A DNA stretch of 64,000 nt from Octopus vulgaris (Eukaryota), in NCBI GenBank assembly GCA_951406725.2, contig OX597833.1, forward strand, positions 24,552,001 to 24,616,000, written 5' to 3'. A program made the position numbers and the translations under genes. Numbering within the stretch: the first letter of the stretch is position 1; every line of letters begins with the position of its first letter. The notes under the pieces are model-generated. The model saw only the letters and a list, made by a program, of their open reading frames with translations. It was not told where the DNA came from and ran no database searches. Below are positions 24,160 to 37,409 of the stretch, piece after piece.

Positions 24160-24990
24160 ATTCCCTTCTACATGAGGTACAAAGCCTGTCATTTTCGGGA
24201 AGATTTCTACTTGATTAATTCGATCCCAGTGTTCGTCTGTTACTTATTTTATCGAAAGAATGGAGGTGAAAGTTGACCTCGGTGGCATTTGAAAGCAGAA
24301 CGTAAATCGAAGAAAATGCCGTATACATTTTACCTGGCGTGCTAACGATTCTGCCAGGTCACGACCTTTTTTATAACAAAGAATAACGGTTTCAGATCTT
24401 GGCATGAGATCAGCCATTTCGGGGTAAGGGGTAAGTCAATTACAACGACCCCAATGCTCAAATTATACTTATTTTAACAACTCCGAAGGATGAAAAGCAA
24501 ATTCGACTCGGCGGAATTTGATCACAGAACGTAAAGCCGGACGAAGTGCCGTTACACATTTTGTCCGGTACAGTAATAATAGTTCTTATCCGCTGTCTTA
24601 TTACAGGCAATGATATTCTTTTGTACAATAGATAATTGCGGGGGAGGTGTAAGTAGATTACATCGAACCCAGTGTTCAACTGATACCTATTTTATCGATT
24701 CCCAAAGGATGAAAGGCAAAGTCGACGTCAGCGGAATTTGAACTCGGAACGTAAAGACGGACTAAATACTACTAAGTATTTTGCCCAGCGTATAAACGAT
24801 TCTTCCAATTCGTCGCGTTATTAAAGCCAATAATAATAATTTCTATTATAGGCACAAGGCCTGAAATTTTCTGGGAGCGGGTAAGTCGATCATCGACTCC
24901 CATTGCTTGATTAGTCCTTAATTTATCGACGCCGAATGGCTGAAAGGCAAGATGGGCGAAATACCGCTAAGCACCTTGCCCGGTGCAAAA
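24160..24990 (-). mobile_element. Tandem array of ~4 diverged SINE family B copies
   Basis: Repeated ~190-220-nt unit containing TTTTATCGA..AGGATGAAAGGCAAAGTCGAC..GGAATTTGAACTC..GCTAACGATTCTGCCAG. Confidence 0.85.
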
Positions 24991-25310
24991 CTTTTTCTCA
25001 CGAAAGTTCCGGACACCAGTTATGAACTCATGTGCATACAGCTCAGCTATCAAACTAATTTATGAGCGTATGACAAGTGATGGGCGATAAGATAAGGTCA
25101 CTTGGGTAAGGAATGACCATGCTTCTTTTCTCTTTTAATAATGCTTGTTGTTCTTGTTCTTGTTTCAACCATGGCTGCCTCTGCGTAGTTATTTGTGCTG
25201 TTTACTTTGTAAAACAGAAATGAACAAAAAAGATAAAAAACGATGAGGAGTAAATATACACCGCTTAGTAAATTTCTAGAGGTTTTGTTGATGTATTTTA
25301 TGTCATGTTT

Positions 25311-25384
<74 letters not shown>

Positions 25385-25456
25385 GTATACGTGTAAATAT
25401 ATACATACATACACACTATATATATGCATGTATGTATATATATATGTGTGTAAATA

Positions 25457-25491
<35 letters not shown>

Positions 25492-25551
25492 AGAGAGAGA
25501 TAGAGAGAGAGAGAGAAATACAGAAAGACACATATATAGCTAGCCAGCTAG

Positions 25552-25628
<77 letters not shown>

Positions 25629-25789
25629 CGTACAAACTGACATATATACATATGTATGTATGTGTGTAAATTTTTGTATTTGCTAATTGGACAAACTTAA
25701 CATTTTTTCATCTTCATGTTCTGCAAGCTGAGAGTCCTCCCATACATACAAAACAAACAAACAAGCAAACATACATACAAATATACATA

Positions 25790-26017
25790 CATATATACAT
25801 ACATACATCAATACATACATACATACATACATACATACATACATACATACATACATACATACATACATACATACATACATGTATGCATGCATACATACAT
25901 ACATACATACATGCATGCATGCATACATACATACATACATACATACATACATACATACATACATACACATACATACATACATACATACATACATACATAC
26001 ATACATACATACATACA
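25790..26017. repeat. (TACA)n microsatellite
   Basis: Direct reading. Confidence 0.95.
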
Positions 26018-26521
26018 GTTCTTAATAGAAGAGACTAAACAACAACCTCGTAGCGAATTCATATAAGTTTTTCTATTCTAGTTCTTCTTAATTTTCATGT
26101 CGTTGTTGTTGTTGGCGTTTATGTTGTTGCTGTTGTTGTTAGTGTTGATGTTTTTAATCTCTTTCATTATATTCGTCTTATACTATTTCTTGTCACTTTC
26201 TCGCCTACTTGCCTCTCCCTCTCCTACTTCATCTCTGCCTTCTCCTCTCTAATATTTCCTACACGGTTGGACCACCCCATAGAAAAGAGAAACTGCTATG
26301 TTAACAGTTTGATAGATGAATCTGTTCGTGTCATCGGTCAGTTTGATTTCTATCTTAAGTCACTTTGAGCAACCTCACTTAGACACCGTGGCGACCATTT
26401 AAAAATCGCTCTTTTAGAACTCTTTTTCCCTTCTCTCTTTCCTTTCTCTCTCTCGTCTTCTCTCTTAGTACATACATATAAGTATATATACATAAATACG
26501 CACACAAAAGTATATTTGTGT

Positions 26522-26572
<51 letters not shown>

Positions 26573-26845
26573 CACACATATACATATACACAAACGTATA
26601 TTTATATATATATATATATATATATATGTACATGTACACAAACGTATATTTGTATATAAATATATATATATATGTGTGTGTATATATATATATGTGTGTG
26701 TGTGTGCATGTGTATGTGTATATATATATATTTATATGTAATTGTCTTAGATTAGACCTGTTGGAATGTGTTACATTCAACACATGTGTCTAATCTCTCA
26801 AGTGTCTCTCATTGCCTATTTTTCTCTCACTCATTCCTCCCAACA

Positions 26846-26913
<68 letters not shown>

Positions 26914-26934
26914 CATACATACATACATACATAC

Positions 26935-26979
<45 letters not shown>

Positions 26980-27339
26980 GCAGGGAACTTATGTATGCTT
27001 AATTTTGTGCATCTATGTACGTGTGTATATAGGTATATATGTGTGTGTGTTTGTATGTATGTGTGTATGAGTCGCGAAAAGCGTATTAAGATTCGTGAAG
27101 ATCATTTTCCGCGATGATTTGGAGGCGATTTCTCCTATGTGATATTTTCCTTACTTTAAGGATCAGAGTGAAAGGTTGGTTTTCAGAAGTGGTCTCGTAT
27201 GCCTCAATAAGTCGAAATGGATGTTGTTTGGAGTTGGGAATTTTCGTTGTTGCTTAGTCTCCACGCTACTTTTAATCTCTCCAAATGATTGCTGTACATT
27301 TATCCATGCTTATTCTTGAGATGTAAGACATTTTTCAAG

Positions 27340-27378
<39 letters not shown>

Positions 27379-27387
27379 CACACAGAA

Positions 27388-27421
<34 letters not shown>

Positions 27422-27422
<1 letters not shown>

Positions 27423-28270
27423 CAAGGTGCGATGGGTAAAGTCACTATTTTATATTTAAATTTCGCGCATGCGCATTGTTTTTATTTTATTCTATTGACT
27501 ATACAATATAATAGGGTCAGCCGGGTACCATCGTTAAGCAAAAACAGCGAGATGATGCAATTCACTCTGCCAGAAATTTGCAAACTACATGCTGTACTGC
27601 TTGGCATTCGCGACGGAAGTTCCAATACAAACGTTTCAGAGTGTTTGGGTGTCAATCTCAGGACAGTGCAATCTGAAGACGTGTACTGAGAGTGATAAAA
27701 ATCAAACATCCAATCAACGTCATGGTGTTTGGAGTGATGATGAGTGATGGCGACGTTAAGACTCCATTCCTCTTCCCACACGGCTTCAGACTCAACACGG
27801 CGGCCTACATTAAGTGCCTGAAGGAGGTAGTGTCGCCCTGGGTCAAGAAGGTGGGTGCTCGAAGACTCTATGTCTGGCAACAGGACTCTGCATCATGCCG
27901 CATAAGCAGGAGAACCCAGTCATGGCTGTCGGACAATTTCTGCGACCACATTACCTCTGGCTACCAGACTGCAGCCCACTTGATTATTATCTGTAAGGCG
28001 CAGTTGAGCGAGAGACCAAAGAGAACCTTTTGATGAACTGATAAAAGCAAGGATTATGGAACTCACCAGCATAAACAAGATCATCCAGGAGAGTTGCGGG
28101 AGATTCCAAAGTCGTTTGGAGGTCATGGTTGAAGCCAATGGCGATGTTATTGAATAAACCTACTATTTAGTATTTCAAGATGTTTTTAAGTAGTTTTGGT
28201 AAATATATCCATTAAAATGAGATATCAGTGTTATTTTAATTTTTGCGTAATTTAGACGACAGATTTCTCA
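27422..28270 (+). mobile_element. Internally deleted mariner-type (maT/DD37D-like) transposon
   Basis: KHPINVMVFGV..DGDV..PFLFP.G.RLNTAAYI, YVWQQDSA, PDCSPLDYY; homologous copy at 55417-56271. Confidence 0.8.
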
Positions 28271-28560
28271 CCACAACTTACACACACACACACACACACG
28301 CACGCACGCACGGACACACACACACACATATATATGTATGTAGGTATGTACGTATGTATGTATGAATATGTAAATATAAATATATATTTGTATACACCCC
28401 CCACATTTCGTTTTTGTTTTTAGTTTGCAAGATTCTTTACGTGAATTCTTGTGTTGAAGCAAATGTCATAGCGTCCGAGGAGGGTCATTCTGTTTAAATG
28501 CTTTATTAATTAAGACACACACACTGGTTCAATTTCCACTCATTTACTTATTTATTTTTT

Positions 28561-28599
28561 ACTAAAATCTTTGTTGCTTCGTGCAACCTCTTCAATAGT
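28561..28599 (-). ncRNA. Degenerate type I hammerhead relic
   Basis: ACTA-TTGAAGA-G-GTTGC-acgaa-GCAAC-AAAGATTT-TAGT: stems I and II intact, core damaged. Confidence 0.45.
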
Positions 28600-29159
28600 C
28601 CCTGACTCTGTCCATTATCTGCTTTTTGTTTGTTTGTGTGCATACGTGTGCGTCAGTGTGCATGTGTATCCACATATGTATGTATGCGTGTATGTATGCG
28701 TGTGTGCATGTGTATGCATGTACAATATATATGTATGCGTGTGTACGTTTGTTTGCATGTATTTTGCTTATTCATGTGTTTGTGTGTGTATGTGTGTGTG
28801 CGCGCGCGCGTGTGTATATTTGTGTGTGTATTTCTGTCACCCAGTGTGTGTACGTTTCAGAATGTCTATGTGTATGGGTTTGTGTGACTATGTACGCGTG
28901 TCTGTTATATATCGATGTCCGTCTCCATATGTGTCCTTACGTCTGTGTATACAGTCATGTGTTTCGGTCTCCTTTTGTGTATGTATTTGTGTGTGAGTGT
29001 GCACGTAGTCGTGTATTTATCTGATAGTTGCTTAGATAAAATGCGGATGTCAAGTTGGCCCGGTGTCCCTCCCTGCTGGTCCTTGCCATGTTGGCAGAAT
29101 ATGGAGGACTGTTTTTTGTTGTCATATTGTCTCAAATGTCAGTTTAGTCTCTCCGCAAC

Positions 29160-29528
29160 GCCGGAGGGAAACGCAATCCTTCAGGATAATAATGCACCAA
29201 TTCACATAGCTAAAGTTGTTACTGAATGGTACGAGGAACATTCTAGTGAAGTTGAACATCTTATCTGGCCACCACAGTTCCCAGATCTCAATATTATTGA
29301 ACATTTTAGAAAAAGTATGGAGTTGATATCCTCCATCATCATCACTACAAGAACTGGAGACTGTTTTAGCTGAAGAATGGACAAAAATTATTTTGGAAAC
29401 AATTCAAACTTTGTACGAGTCCATACCTCGTAGAATTCAAACTGTAATTATCGCCAAAGGCGATTCTAGCCCATATTAATATAAATTTGCTTGAAATGTT
29501 AAGATTTCTCCATTATTTTGTCCAACCT
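29160..29528 (+). mobile_element. Tc1-like transposon 3' fragment with right TIR
   Basis: LQDNNAPIH...WPPQFPDLNIIEH; homologous to 58215-58580; ends CCATTATTTTGTCCAACC-TA. Confidence 0.85.
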
Positions 29529-30411
29529 ATATATATATATATATATATATATACAGACTTAATTTTTGATTTTAGGCTTACTTCGATTTTACATAATATG
29601 GTTTTTAAATCGTAATTTTAATATTATATGTATCACCGGTTCTTGAAAGGACCAATGAGACGAAACCAATTTGAAACGTCAATGTAAATTGTATATTTAT
29701 ACATACAACTTTAATTTTTTGTTCTACTCTCCACCAAAACTGTTCGGCAAATGGGAACGGGAAACTCTGAGTAACAGTTTTTCGTGATGTTTCTGCTGCT
29801 TTGAAAACGTATTGCATTTGGCCAATGTGTGTATTTTTTTATGATACATTTGATGCAGAGAGAGAGGGAGAAAGTGGGGGCAGAGAGAAGGCGAGAGAAA
29901 AAGACATACAGAGAGGCAAGGACTGAGTCAGAGAATTCCACTGTTGTTCTTTGTTGTGGATCGCAGAATTGAAATGAAATGCGCATCTAATTCTTCAGCA
30001 TTAAACGCAGGATTCTTACTTGCAAAGCGTTCCTAGTTCCAATGTTGCGAGGTAGGAAGTTTAAGCAAAATTGCTAGCAAACTTCTTCACTGTGAACTAT
30101 AGAGGCAGTTACATATCATCAGGTGAGAGCACTCTCAGCTTCCATGCAAGAGATAGAAAAGTTATGGTAACATTAAAGTGAAACCTAAATTACAAGACAC
30201 AATTAAGCCGGATTAATTACTACTTCTTGGCTCCCCTTCATGGGAAGAGTAGATATAGGATTCCCTTTACAGATTAACGCCTCACCAAAAACGCTCTTGT
30301 TAAGAATCTGTGGAAAACTTCAATATCAGAATGTAATAGATGCTTTCCTTGGTTATGTTCGATATTAAATTTCTATTTATAGATGGAAGTGATTACGGTT
30401 CTTGAACTGTT

Positions 30412-30650
30412 TCCTATTTCTTTACTGCCCACAAGGGGCTACACACAGAGGGAACAAACAAGGACAGACAAACGGATTAAGTGGATTGTATCGACCCCAG
30501 TGCGTTACTGGTACTTATTTAATCGACCCCGAAAAGATGAAAGGCAAAGTCGACCTCGTCGGAATTTGAACTCAGAACGTAGTGGCAGACAAAAATACCG
30601 CTAAGCATTTCGCCCAGCGTGCTAACGTTTCTGCCAGCTCGCCACCTTAA
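30412..30650 (-). mobile_element. SINE family B copy with a Tx1-LINE-like 3' tail
   Basis: Head AGGTGGCGAGCTGGCAGAAACGTTAG..GAGTTCAAATTCC; tail shares 25/26 nt with the LINE 3'UTR at 18618-18643. Confidence 0.9.
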
Positions 30651-30959
30651 ACTGTTTCTTCGTTTAGATTCTCATAAAGATGGTACTTACCAGTAAATTC
30701 TCATAAAGATGGTACTTACCAAAAATTGGCTGCCTATTGTTTAGTGTAAATAATTATATATAAACTAAGTATGTTTGAAATGACTATTAGATCCTCTCTG
30801 GATAGATTTATTGCGTGACCGCCCATAGTGTTTGAAACTGCTAAGCCACCATTTCTGTACATGCCAAAGATGACGTCAAAAGCAAAACATCCCAGAGATG
30901 AACTCGTCCTTTTGATTCAGTAGGATTAATCATGATATAGTAACGATTCCTTGGTGCTC

Positions 30960-31742
30960 ATTAATATCGATTCAGTTGGTACTTATTGACCCCAAAAGAG
31001 TGAGAGAAAAAGTAGCAACAGCGGTATTTGATCCCAGAAAAATAAAGACACATGAGAAATGCTGCGAAATATTCTAACTGGCGCGTGACCATTCTACTAG
31101 ATTATGTCCATAATAATAAGAATTTCAAATTTTAGCAATTTATCTACAAGTTTTGGCGGTAAGTTAGTTAATTACTTTATTTTATCGACCTCAAAATTTT
31201 AAAAGACAAAGTTGTCCTTGGTGAGATTGGAACTCAGAATTTTTCGTGCCGTAAGAAATACCGCTATTTTGTCCTATGTGCTAGAGATTCTAACAGTTTA
31301 TCGTATTCACCATATGGGAAATAACCCTATCTTCTATAGGCAAAAGGCCTGAAATTTTGGGGAAGATGGCTACTCAAGTACAACGACTCCAGTTCTCGAC
31401 TTCTATTTATTTCATCGACATCGAATGGATGAAAGCCAACCTCGGCAGAATTTGAGCTCAGAACGTAAAGAGAGACGAAATGCTGCTGAGCATTTTGTCC
31501 AGCGTATGAACGATTCTTGCAGCGTGCTGCTTTAATAATGATAATAATGGTTTCAATCTTGGCACAGAGACAAGTTTTGAGGGGAGGAAGAAGACGATTA
31601 CATAAGCATGTTACTTCACTGGCACTTATTTTATTAACTCTCGAAAGGATGAAAGACAAGGACGATCTTGGCGGAATTTGAACTTATAACATAAAGACGG
31701 ACAAAATTTCCATTAAGCGTTTCTTCAGGCGTACTAACGATC
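30960..31742 (-). mobile_element. Cluster of diverged SINE family B copies
   Basis: Repeated GGAATTTGA(A/G)CTCAGAA, GGATGAAAG and GGCCTGAAATTTT motifs. Confidence 0.75.
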
Positions 31743-31744
31743 CA

Positions 31745-32600
31745 GCCCCTTCAACTTCATCCACCATAAACCCCTTTCACCATGGCCACCAGCCTTTCCT
31801 TCCCGGTTAAAGGAAGGTGGCGGGGCAATCTTCACGATGGATTCAGTTGTCAGCCGGATCCGCCCCACACGGGACAGCAAGTGTTCGACATAAACTCACG
31901 GGTCAGCAATGCTCGAGCACTGGGCGAGTGCATGCAGGACCGTCTCGTCGTCTTACGCGCATCTCGGACATGCTGGGGTAACGGCGCTTCCGTGCCTGTA
32001 AAGTTTATCTCGAACAGGCAAAGCTCCCCGGTAGCACTGTTAGGCCAGAGAGATTTGGAAATTATGTATCGGTCCCGAGCCGAAAACTCTCCGGAAAAGA
32101 GCGACTGGGTGATCTTCGACGCCCAAGATCTTCCCAAGAACGTCGTTGCACTTTTACTCCACTAATTCTCTATAAAAAGTGAACTTCCGCCTAAGAGCTA
32201 TGAGCGCTTGAAGACATTTCACTTTCGAAATGCTCCCCTCGGTTTCTGTTTTACCCAGGACTGCAGTTCCGTTAAAGAAACTAGCTGCGGAAATACGTGT
32301 CTGGCGTACGATGACCACACCTGTTCACCGTCAAGATGTTCACCGTCAAGGAAGCCTGGAGATGTAGCCTCAGCGCATGTCTGTATATCAACGACTACGG
32401 CATGCCCAAGCCACCATTCAGCGGGTGTTGACAGCAGATAGATCGCTTGACCATCGGGATGCGTCCCTTCCACAAAAATCAGATGAGTATGTGCACGAAC
32501 GTAATCAGACAGTGTCCAGGACAAGGCACGACGGTCAAGCGATAATAGATGACGGACGCGATCCTGTGGCCGACCTTTCAGTGATAGCTTTCTTAATAAT
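31745..32600 (-). mobile_element. Tx1-like ORF2 C-terminal relic
   Basis: LDGEQVWSSYARHVFPQLVSLTELQSWVKQKP aligns to LDGEQVWSPHVRFYLPQLTSLTDIGAWIKRRP of the intact element. Confidence 0.85.
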
Positions 32601-32799
32601 AACAAACAAAAAACAAGAAGAAAGAAGAAATGGATTTATCATTTGTAGTTATTGCTAGTTATGTCTTCTGCATACTTAAGCAGTATCGAATGGGAGTAAA
32701 TACAAGAAACTTAAATTGATCTAATCTTATTCAGTTACACATCACACACACAGACATACATAAAATCACACACTAACATGCAGACACATAATTCATGCA

Positions 32800-32835
<36 letters not shown>

Positions 32836-32871
32836 TGTATGTATATATATCAATATGTATGTCTATATACA

Positions 32872-32909
<38 letters not shown>

Positions 32910-33403
32910 CTCACACACACGTATATGTATACATATATATGTATATATATACATACACACACATATATATATATATGTCTGTGTATATATATATATATAC
33001 ACACAGACAGACACACACACATATACGTATACAAACGCTCATACACAAGCATATATACATATACAGGTGCGTGTATACATACTGACGTTACATATATATC
33101 AGTGAGTAAATTAATATACAGATTTATATATTGACTTAGATGTTGTGTGTATGTGTAGAGCAAGAGAGTGGCGGGGTGTTAGAGAAAGTGGTAGAAATGA
33201 ATACTTACACATACACTTTATCACATGCCTAATCTCCACTCCTATCACCACTAAACCGACTCATGTTGTGTTTGTAATCAATTAGTCTTTTAAAAATGGA
33301 CACCAAGCCATTTTTGCCCTACAGCACCCTGAAATGGACGCCATTTTTCTTCCTTCTTTTCCTTTTCTTTCCTTTTTTCTCTCTCTCTCTGTTTCGGCTA
33401 TAG

Positions 33404-33451
33404 ATGAGACAGTTTAAAATGGACGGCATTTTCGTCGATCATATATTAGTG
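33404..33451 (+). other. Candidate 48-nt exon (MRQFKMDGIFVDHILV)
   Basis: ~55-nt polypyrimidine tract plus TAG acceptor, GTACGT donor, length divisible by 3, only phase 0 open; no homology recognised. Confidence 0.35.
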
Positions 33452-33919
33452 GTACGTTTAAAATTCAATGCTGCACTGTCGGCAAACCACTTAACATTAA
33501 CTGATAGCTATCAACATGACTTCTGCACAAGGTATTACGAAGGGGTGTACATGTTTGCGTATTTTTTGTATGCAAACATCAAACACACACACGCTCTCTC
33601 TCTCCCCCCCTCTCCCCCCTCTCTCCCCCCTCTCTCCCCTTCTCTCCCCCTCTCTCCCCCCTCTCTCTCTTTCTCTCTCTCTCACACACACACACACACA
33701 CGAATTATAGTAATTTCCGTGTGTGACAATATTTGTCTGTGTGCGTGCGTAGATATACGCTTACACATATAGACACATACGCGCGAGTGCAAGTGAACAC
33801 GAATATATACATAACTTTTTGAAGCATTAGCTAAATTTGTTTTATTTCACTGAAGGGTATTTCACATAATATATGTATACACGTATGGAAATGAATGGTA
33901 CATGTATACTTATATATAT

Positions 33920-33984
<65 letters not shown>

Positions 33985-34526
33985 GGAAAGTAGGTAGGGC
34001 GCTGATATGGAGAAAGGCAGAGCTTTGTACATTGTACTCGGACACTGATTGACATATTAATATGATATATGCCACTCAATTATTTGTACAAACACACACA
34101 CAATTGCATATGCATACACACATTTATGCAGGTAGACGGAGAGACAGTTGGGTGGCCTGTTTGAATGAATGGACCGGCAAACATACGCTAACTTGAAACT
34201 CTCATATCTTCAGAGTATATTTCAAGCAGATTTCCCCACCGCAGTGTATTTGTATCAAATTCAAGATTTTAGTAAACATTTACGCTGTGATTTTCTCTTC
34301 ACCTTCAGATAGCTTACTTTATATGTAAAAATATGCGCATGTGTTGAATTCCTCTTAAACGACAACAACAACAACAACAACGACGACGACGACGACGACG
34401 ACAACAACAACAACAACAACACTAACAACACCAACAGCAACCATAATAATGATAATATCAATAAATTTATTAAAACAACAACGATGATGATAGTTATTAT
34501 GATGATGATTATCCTCCTACTAATAA

Positions 34527-35082
34527 ATGCTCTAATGCCGTACGAGGCACTGGCTCTCACGGCTTTTGATCTTAACTGATTGGAAGTGTTATCCTCTACA
34601 TGTCTTGGTGTAAAAGATGGAATGCAACAAATATTCTGCTCAATACCACGGATTTGCTTGTCAGTTACTTGACCTTAACCAGTTGAGTATGTCCCTTGGT
34701 GGCTGACGATATGTGCATCTCTGATCACGAGCAGAAGTAGTGGGAGAGCATCATAGCCATGTATTGAGAGGAATTCTTTGGGGTTCGAATAATTCACATT
34801 TGGAAACATGGATGTTGTATTGAACGTTTTCAAACAACTCTTATTCAGTGACCTTTTGAGCGGGATGGATTACTCGACCTGAAGAAAATTCTAACTGGGC
34901 CCCACCTGCAAGGTCATGCGCTGTTAATCTTGATATGAGATCACTATGTCACGCACATATGGTTGTGATGCATGTGCCTGGTGTACCCTTATCAGACGAG
35001 TAATCATGATGGGTATATTGGGTTTCGTATAATTGTAACCCAGTGTCACTTTGATGGCATGCGCTGCTCTCTCACTCACTCA
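34527..35082 (+). mobile_element. ~550-bp non-coding interspersed element embedded in (TAA)n-type repeats
   Basis: Colinear inverted copy at 39699-40240; no A/B boxes, no TIRs, no ORF. Confidence 0.8.
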
Positions 35083-35135
35083 ATATTAATATTAATAATG
35101 ACAATATTAATAATGACAACAACAACAACAACAAC

Positions 35136-35167
<32 letters not shown>

Positions 35168-35168
<1 letters not shown>

Positions 35169-35946
35169 AACAAGGAACTACCTGGCCAACATATTAAAGA
35201 ACGGCAGTAGCCCAACATGTCGTGTACGTCAACAACAAAATGAAACCATTGATCATGTTGTCTCCAAGTGCTGTCTTCTAGCGCCTACAGAGTATCTCAA
35301 CAGGCATGATAGAGCTGCACAATATATTCACTGGGTAATCTGCAAATACCTGGATTTGCTCCATGAAAAAAACTGGTGGGAATACAAACCACCCCCAGTG
35401 CTTGAAAATGACCACACCTCACTCCTCTGGAACTTTCCCATTCAAACTGACAGAAAGATAGATGCAAATAGGCCAGACATCATATTGAAAGACTTCAAAC
35501 AAAGAACATGCCTCCTCATTGATATGACTGTCCCAATCGATATAAACGTATCTGTCAAGACCTACCAAAAACTGAGCAAATATAAAGATCTTGAAATAGA
35601 AATAAGCAAAATGTGGAACCTGAAGACTAAAACAATACCTGTTGTCATAGGTGCCCTGGGAATGATAGCAAAAGGGGCTGATCGCTACCTAACTCAGATA
35701 TCAGGAAACCCAACTTCAAAAGATAGTGCTCATGGGAACTGCTCATATCCTACGCAAAATACTTTCTATGTAATCTCAAGTTTTAAAACAAACATAACTT
35801 TGGGTTTTTTTTGACAACACTAAATACAAAACCAAATATATGGCACACTAGGCATAACAACATCACGAACTTCCAACCTGTTGTCTCTTGAGGTCTCTGG
35901 GTGAGACTTGAAGCCAACTTGTACAAATATAAAGCAAAAGTCAAAC

Positions 35947-35949
<3 letters not shown>
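35168..35949 (+). mobile_element. 5'-truncated R4/Dong-like LINE (zinc finger, RLE, 3'UTR) within (TAA)n
   Basis: CRV..ETIDHVVSKC, YLNRHD, DANRPDII, LLIDMTVP, KLSKYKDL, PVVIGALG; (TAA)n on both flanks. Confidence 0.92.
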
Positions 35950-35989
<40 letters not shown>

Positions 35990-37212
35990 TTCTAGTGGAA
36001 GCACGATGACTCAAATTTGGGGAAGGGATTAAGTCGATTACATCGATTCCAATACGAAAATTGTACTTAATTTATTGAGACCGAAAAGATGAAAGACAAA
36101 GTCGACGGCGCAATTTGAGCTTTGAGCTTTGACAGGCGAAATACCACTAAGCATTTTGATCAGCATGCTAACGATTCTGCCAGCTCCCTGGCATACTTTT
36201 CACCATAGGCCCTAAGTTTGAAATTTTGAGGGAGGGAGTAAGTCAATTACATCGACTGAACTTCTTAACTGGCACTTATTTGTTTTCAATGTCGCTTCGG
36301 CCGCCAACTTCAAACTGAATTTACTGAATATTACAATTCTTCTTTGATTTTTTTCTTTTAGAGTGTCAACTGTACATCGGTTCACACAAACAAGCCAAAG
36401 CTATATGGAGTATTATGTGTTGTTGCTGTCTAGAAAATACCACTGCAATTTAAAAACACATCGTGTTTTTAAATTGCAGATAAGAGGTAATATTTATTTC
36501 CACTTAAACGTGGATGTTCTGTTAGAACTGTGGTAGATATCAAGAGAGAAACTGTCATATTGGTATTTGGTACAAATTTGTAGCAGTCCATACTACTATT
36601 GGTGTGTGGCCTGAAATTTCGGTGGACGAAGCTTGTTGATTACACTGACACCTATACTTAACCGATAACTTAATTTATCCATCCCAAAAGGCAAAGTCGA
36701 TCTGAGCAGGTTTGAACCCAGAACATAGGGAACAGGAAAACGTGCCACTAAGCATTTTGTCCAAAGTGTTAATGATTCCGCCAGCCCAGTTCTCTACTGC
36801 TACTGAAGTCGCACCAAAATACACTTAAAACTTAAAGTAAGACATTTTAGTCATTAGACTGCGGCTCTGCAAAAGCACTGCTTTGAAGACATTTTGTAGA
36901 ATGAATCGAACGAATCGACTTATTAAAGTCCGGTACTTATTGTATCAGTTATTTTTTTTTTTTGCTGAACCGCAAGTTTACAGAGACGAGAACACATCAA
37001 CACTGGTTGAGAAACAGGGGTGGGGGACAAACTCCAACACAAACACATACACACACGTTTTCAAATTACAATTTAAAAATATAATACTGTGCTCTATGTA
37101 TATTGTAATTAAACAATTTTTTCATTAAAAGGAATTAAAATGTGTTCACGGTAGCCTTTAATGGCGGGCGCACCTTTATTGGTTTTCTTTAATTCGAGAT
37201 TTACTCTGTATT

Positions 37213-37215
<3 letters not shown>

Positions 37216-37244
<29 letters not shown>

Positions 37245-37385
37245 TGTATGTATGTATGTATGTATGTATGTATGTATGTATGTATGTATGTATGTATGTA
37301 TGTTTGTATGTACGTATGTATGTATGTATGTATGTATGTATGTATGTATGTATGTATGTATGTATGTATGTATGTATGTATGTAT
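37216..37385. repeat. (TATG)n microsatellite
   Basis: Direct reading. Confidence 0.98.
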
Positions 37386-37409
37386 GGTAACATGTAACTG
37401 GTAACATGT

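Noticed and set aside
24160-24990. Regularly spaced repeats superficially like a CRISPR array
   Set aside because: Units are ~200-bp diverged SINEs in eukaryotic DNA; no spacers or cas genes
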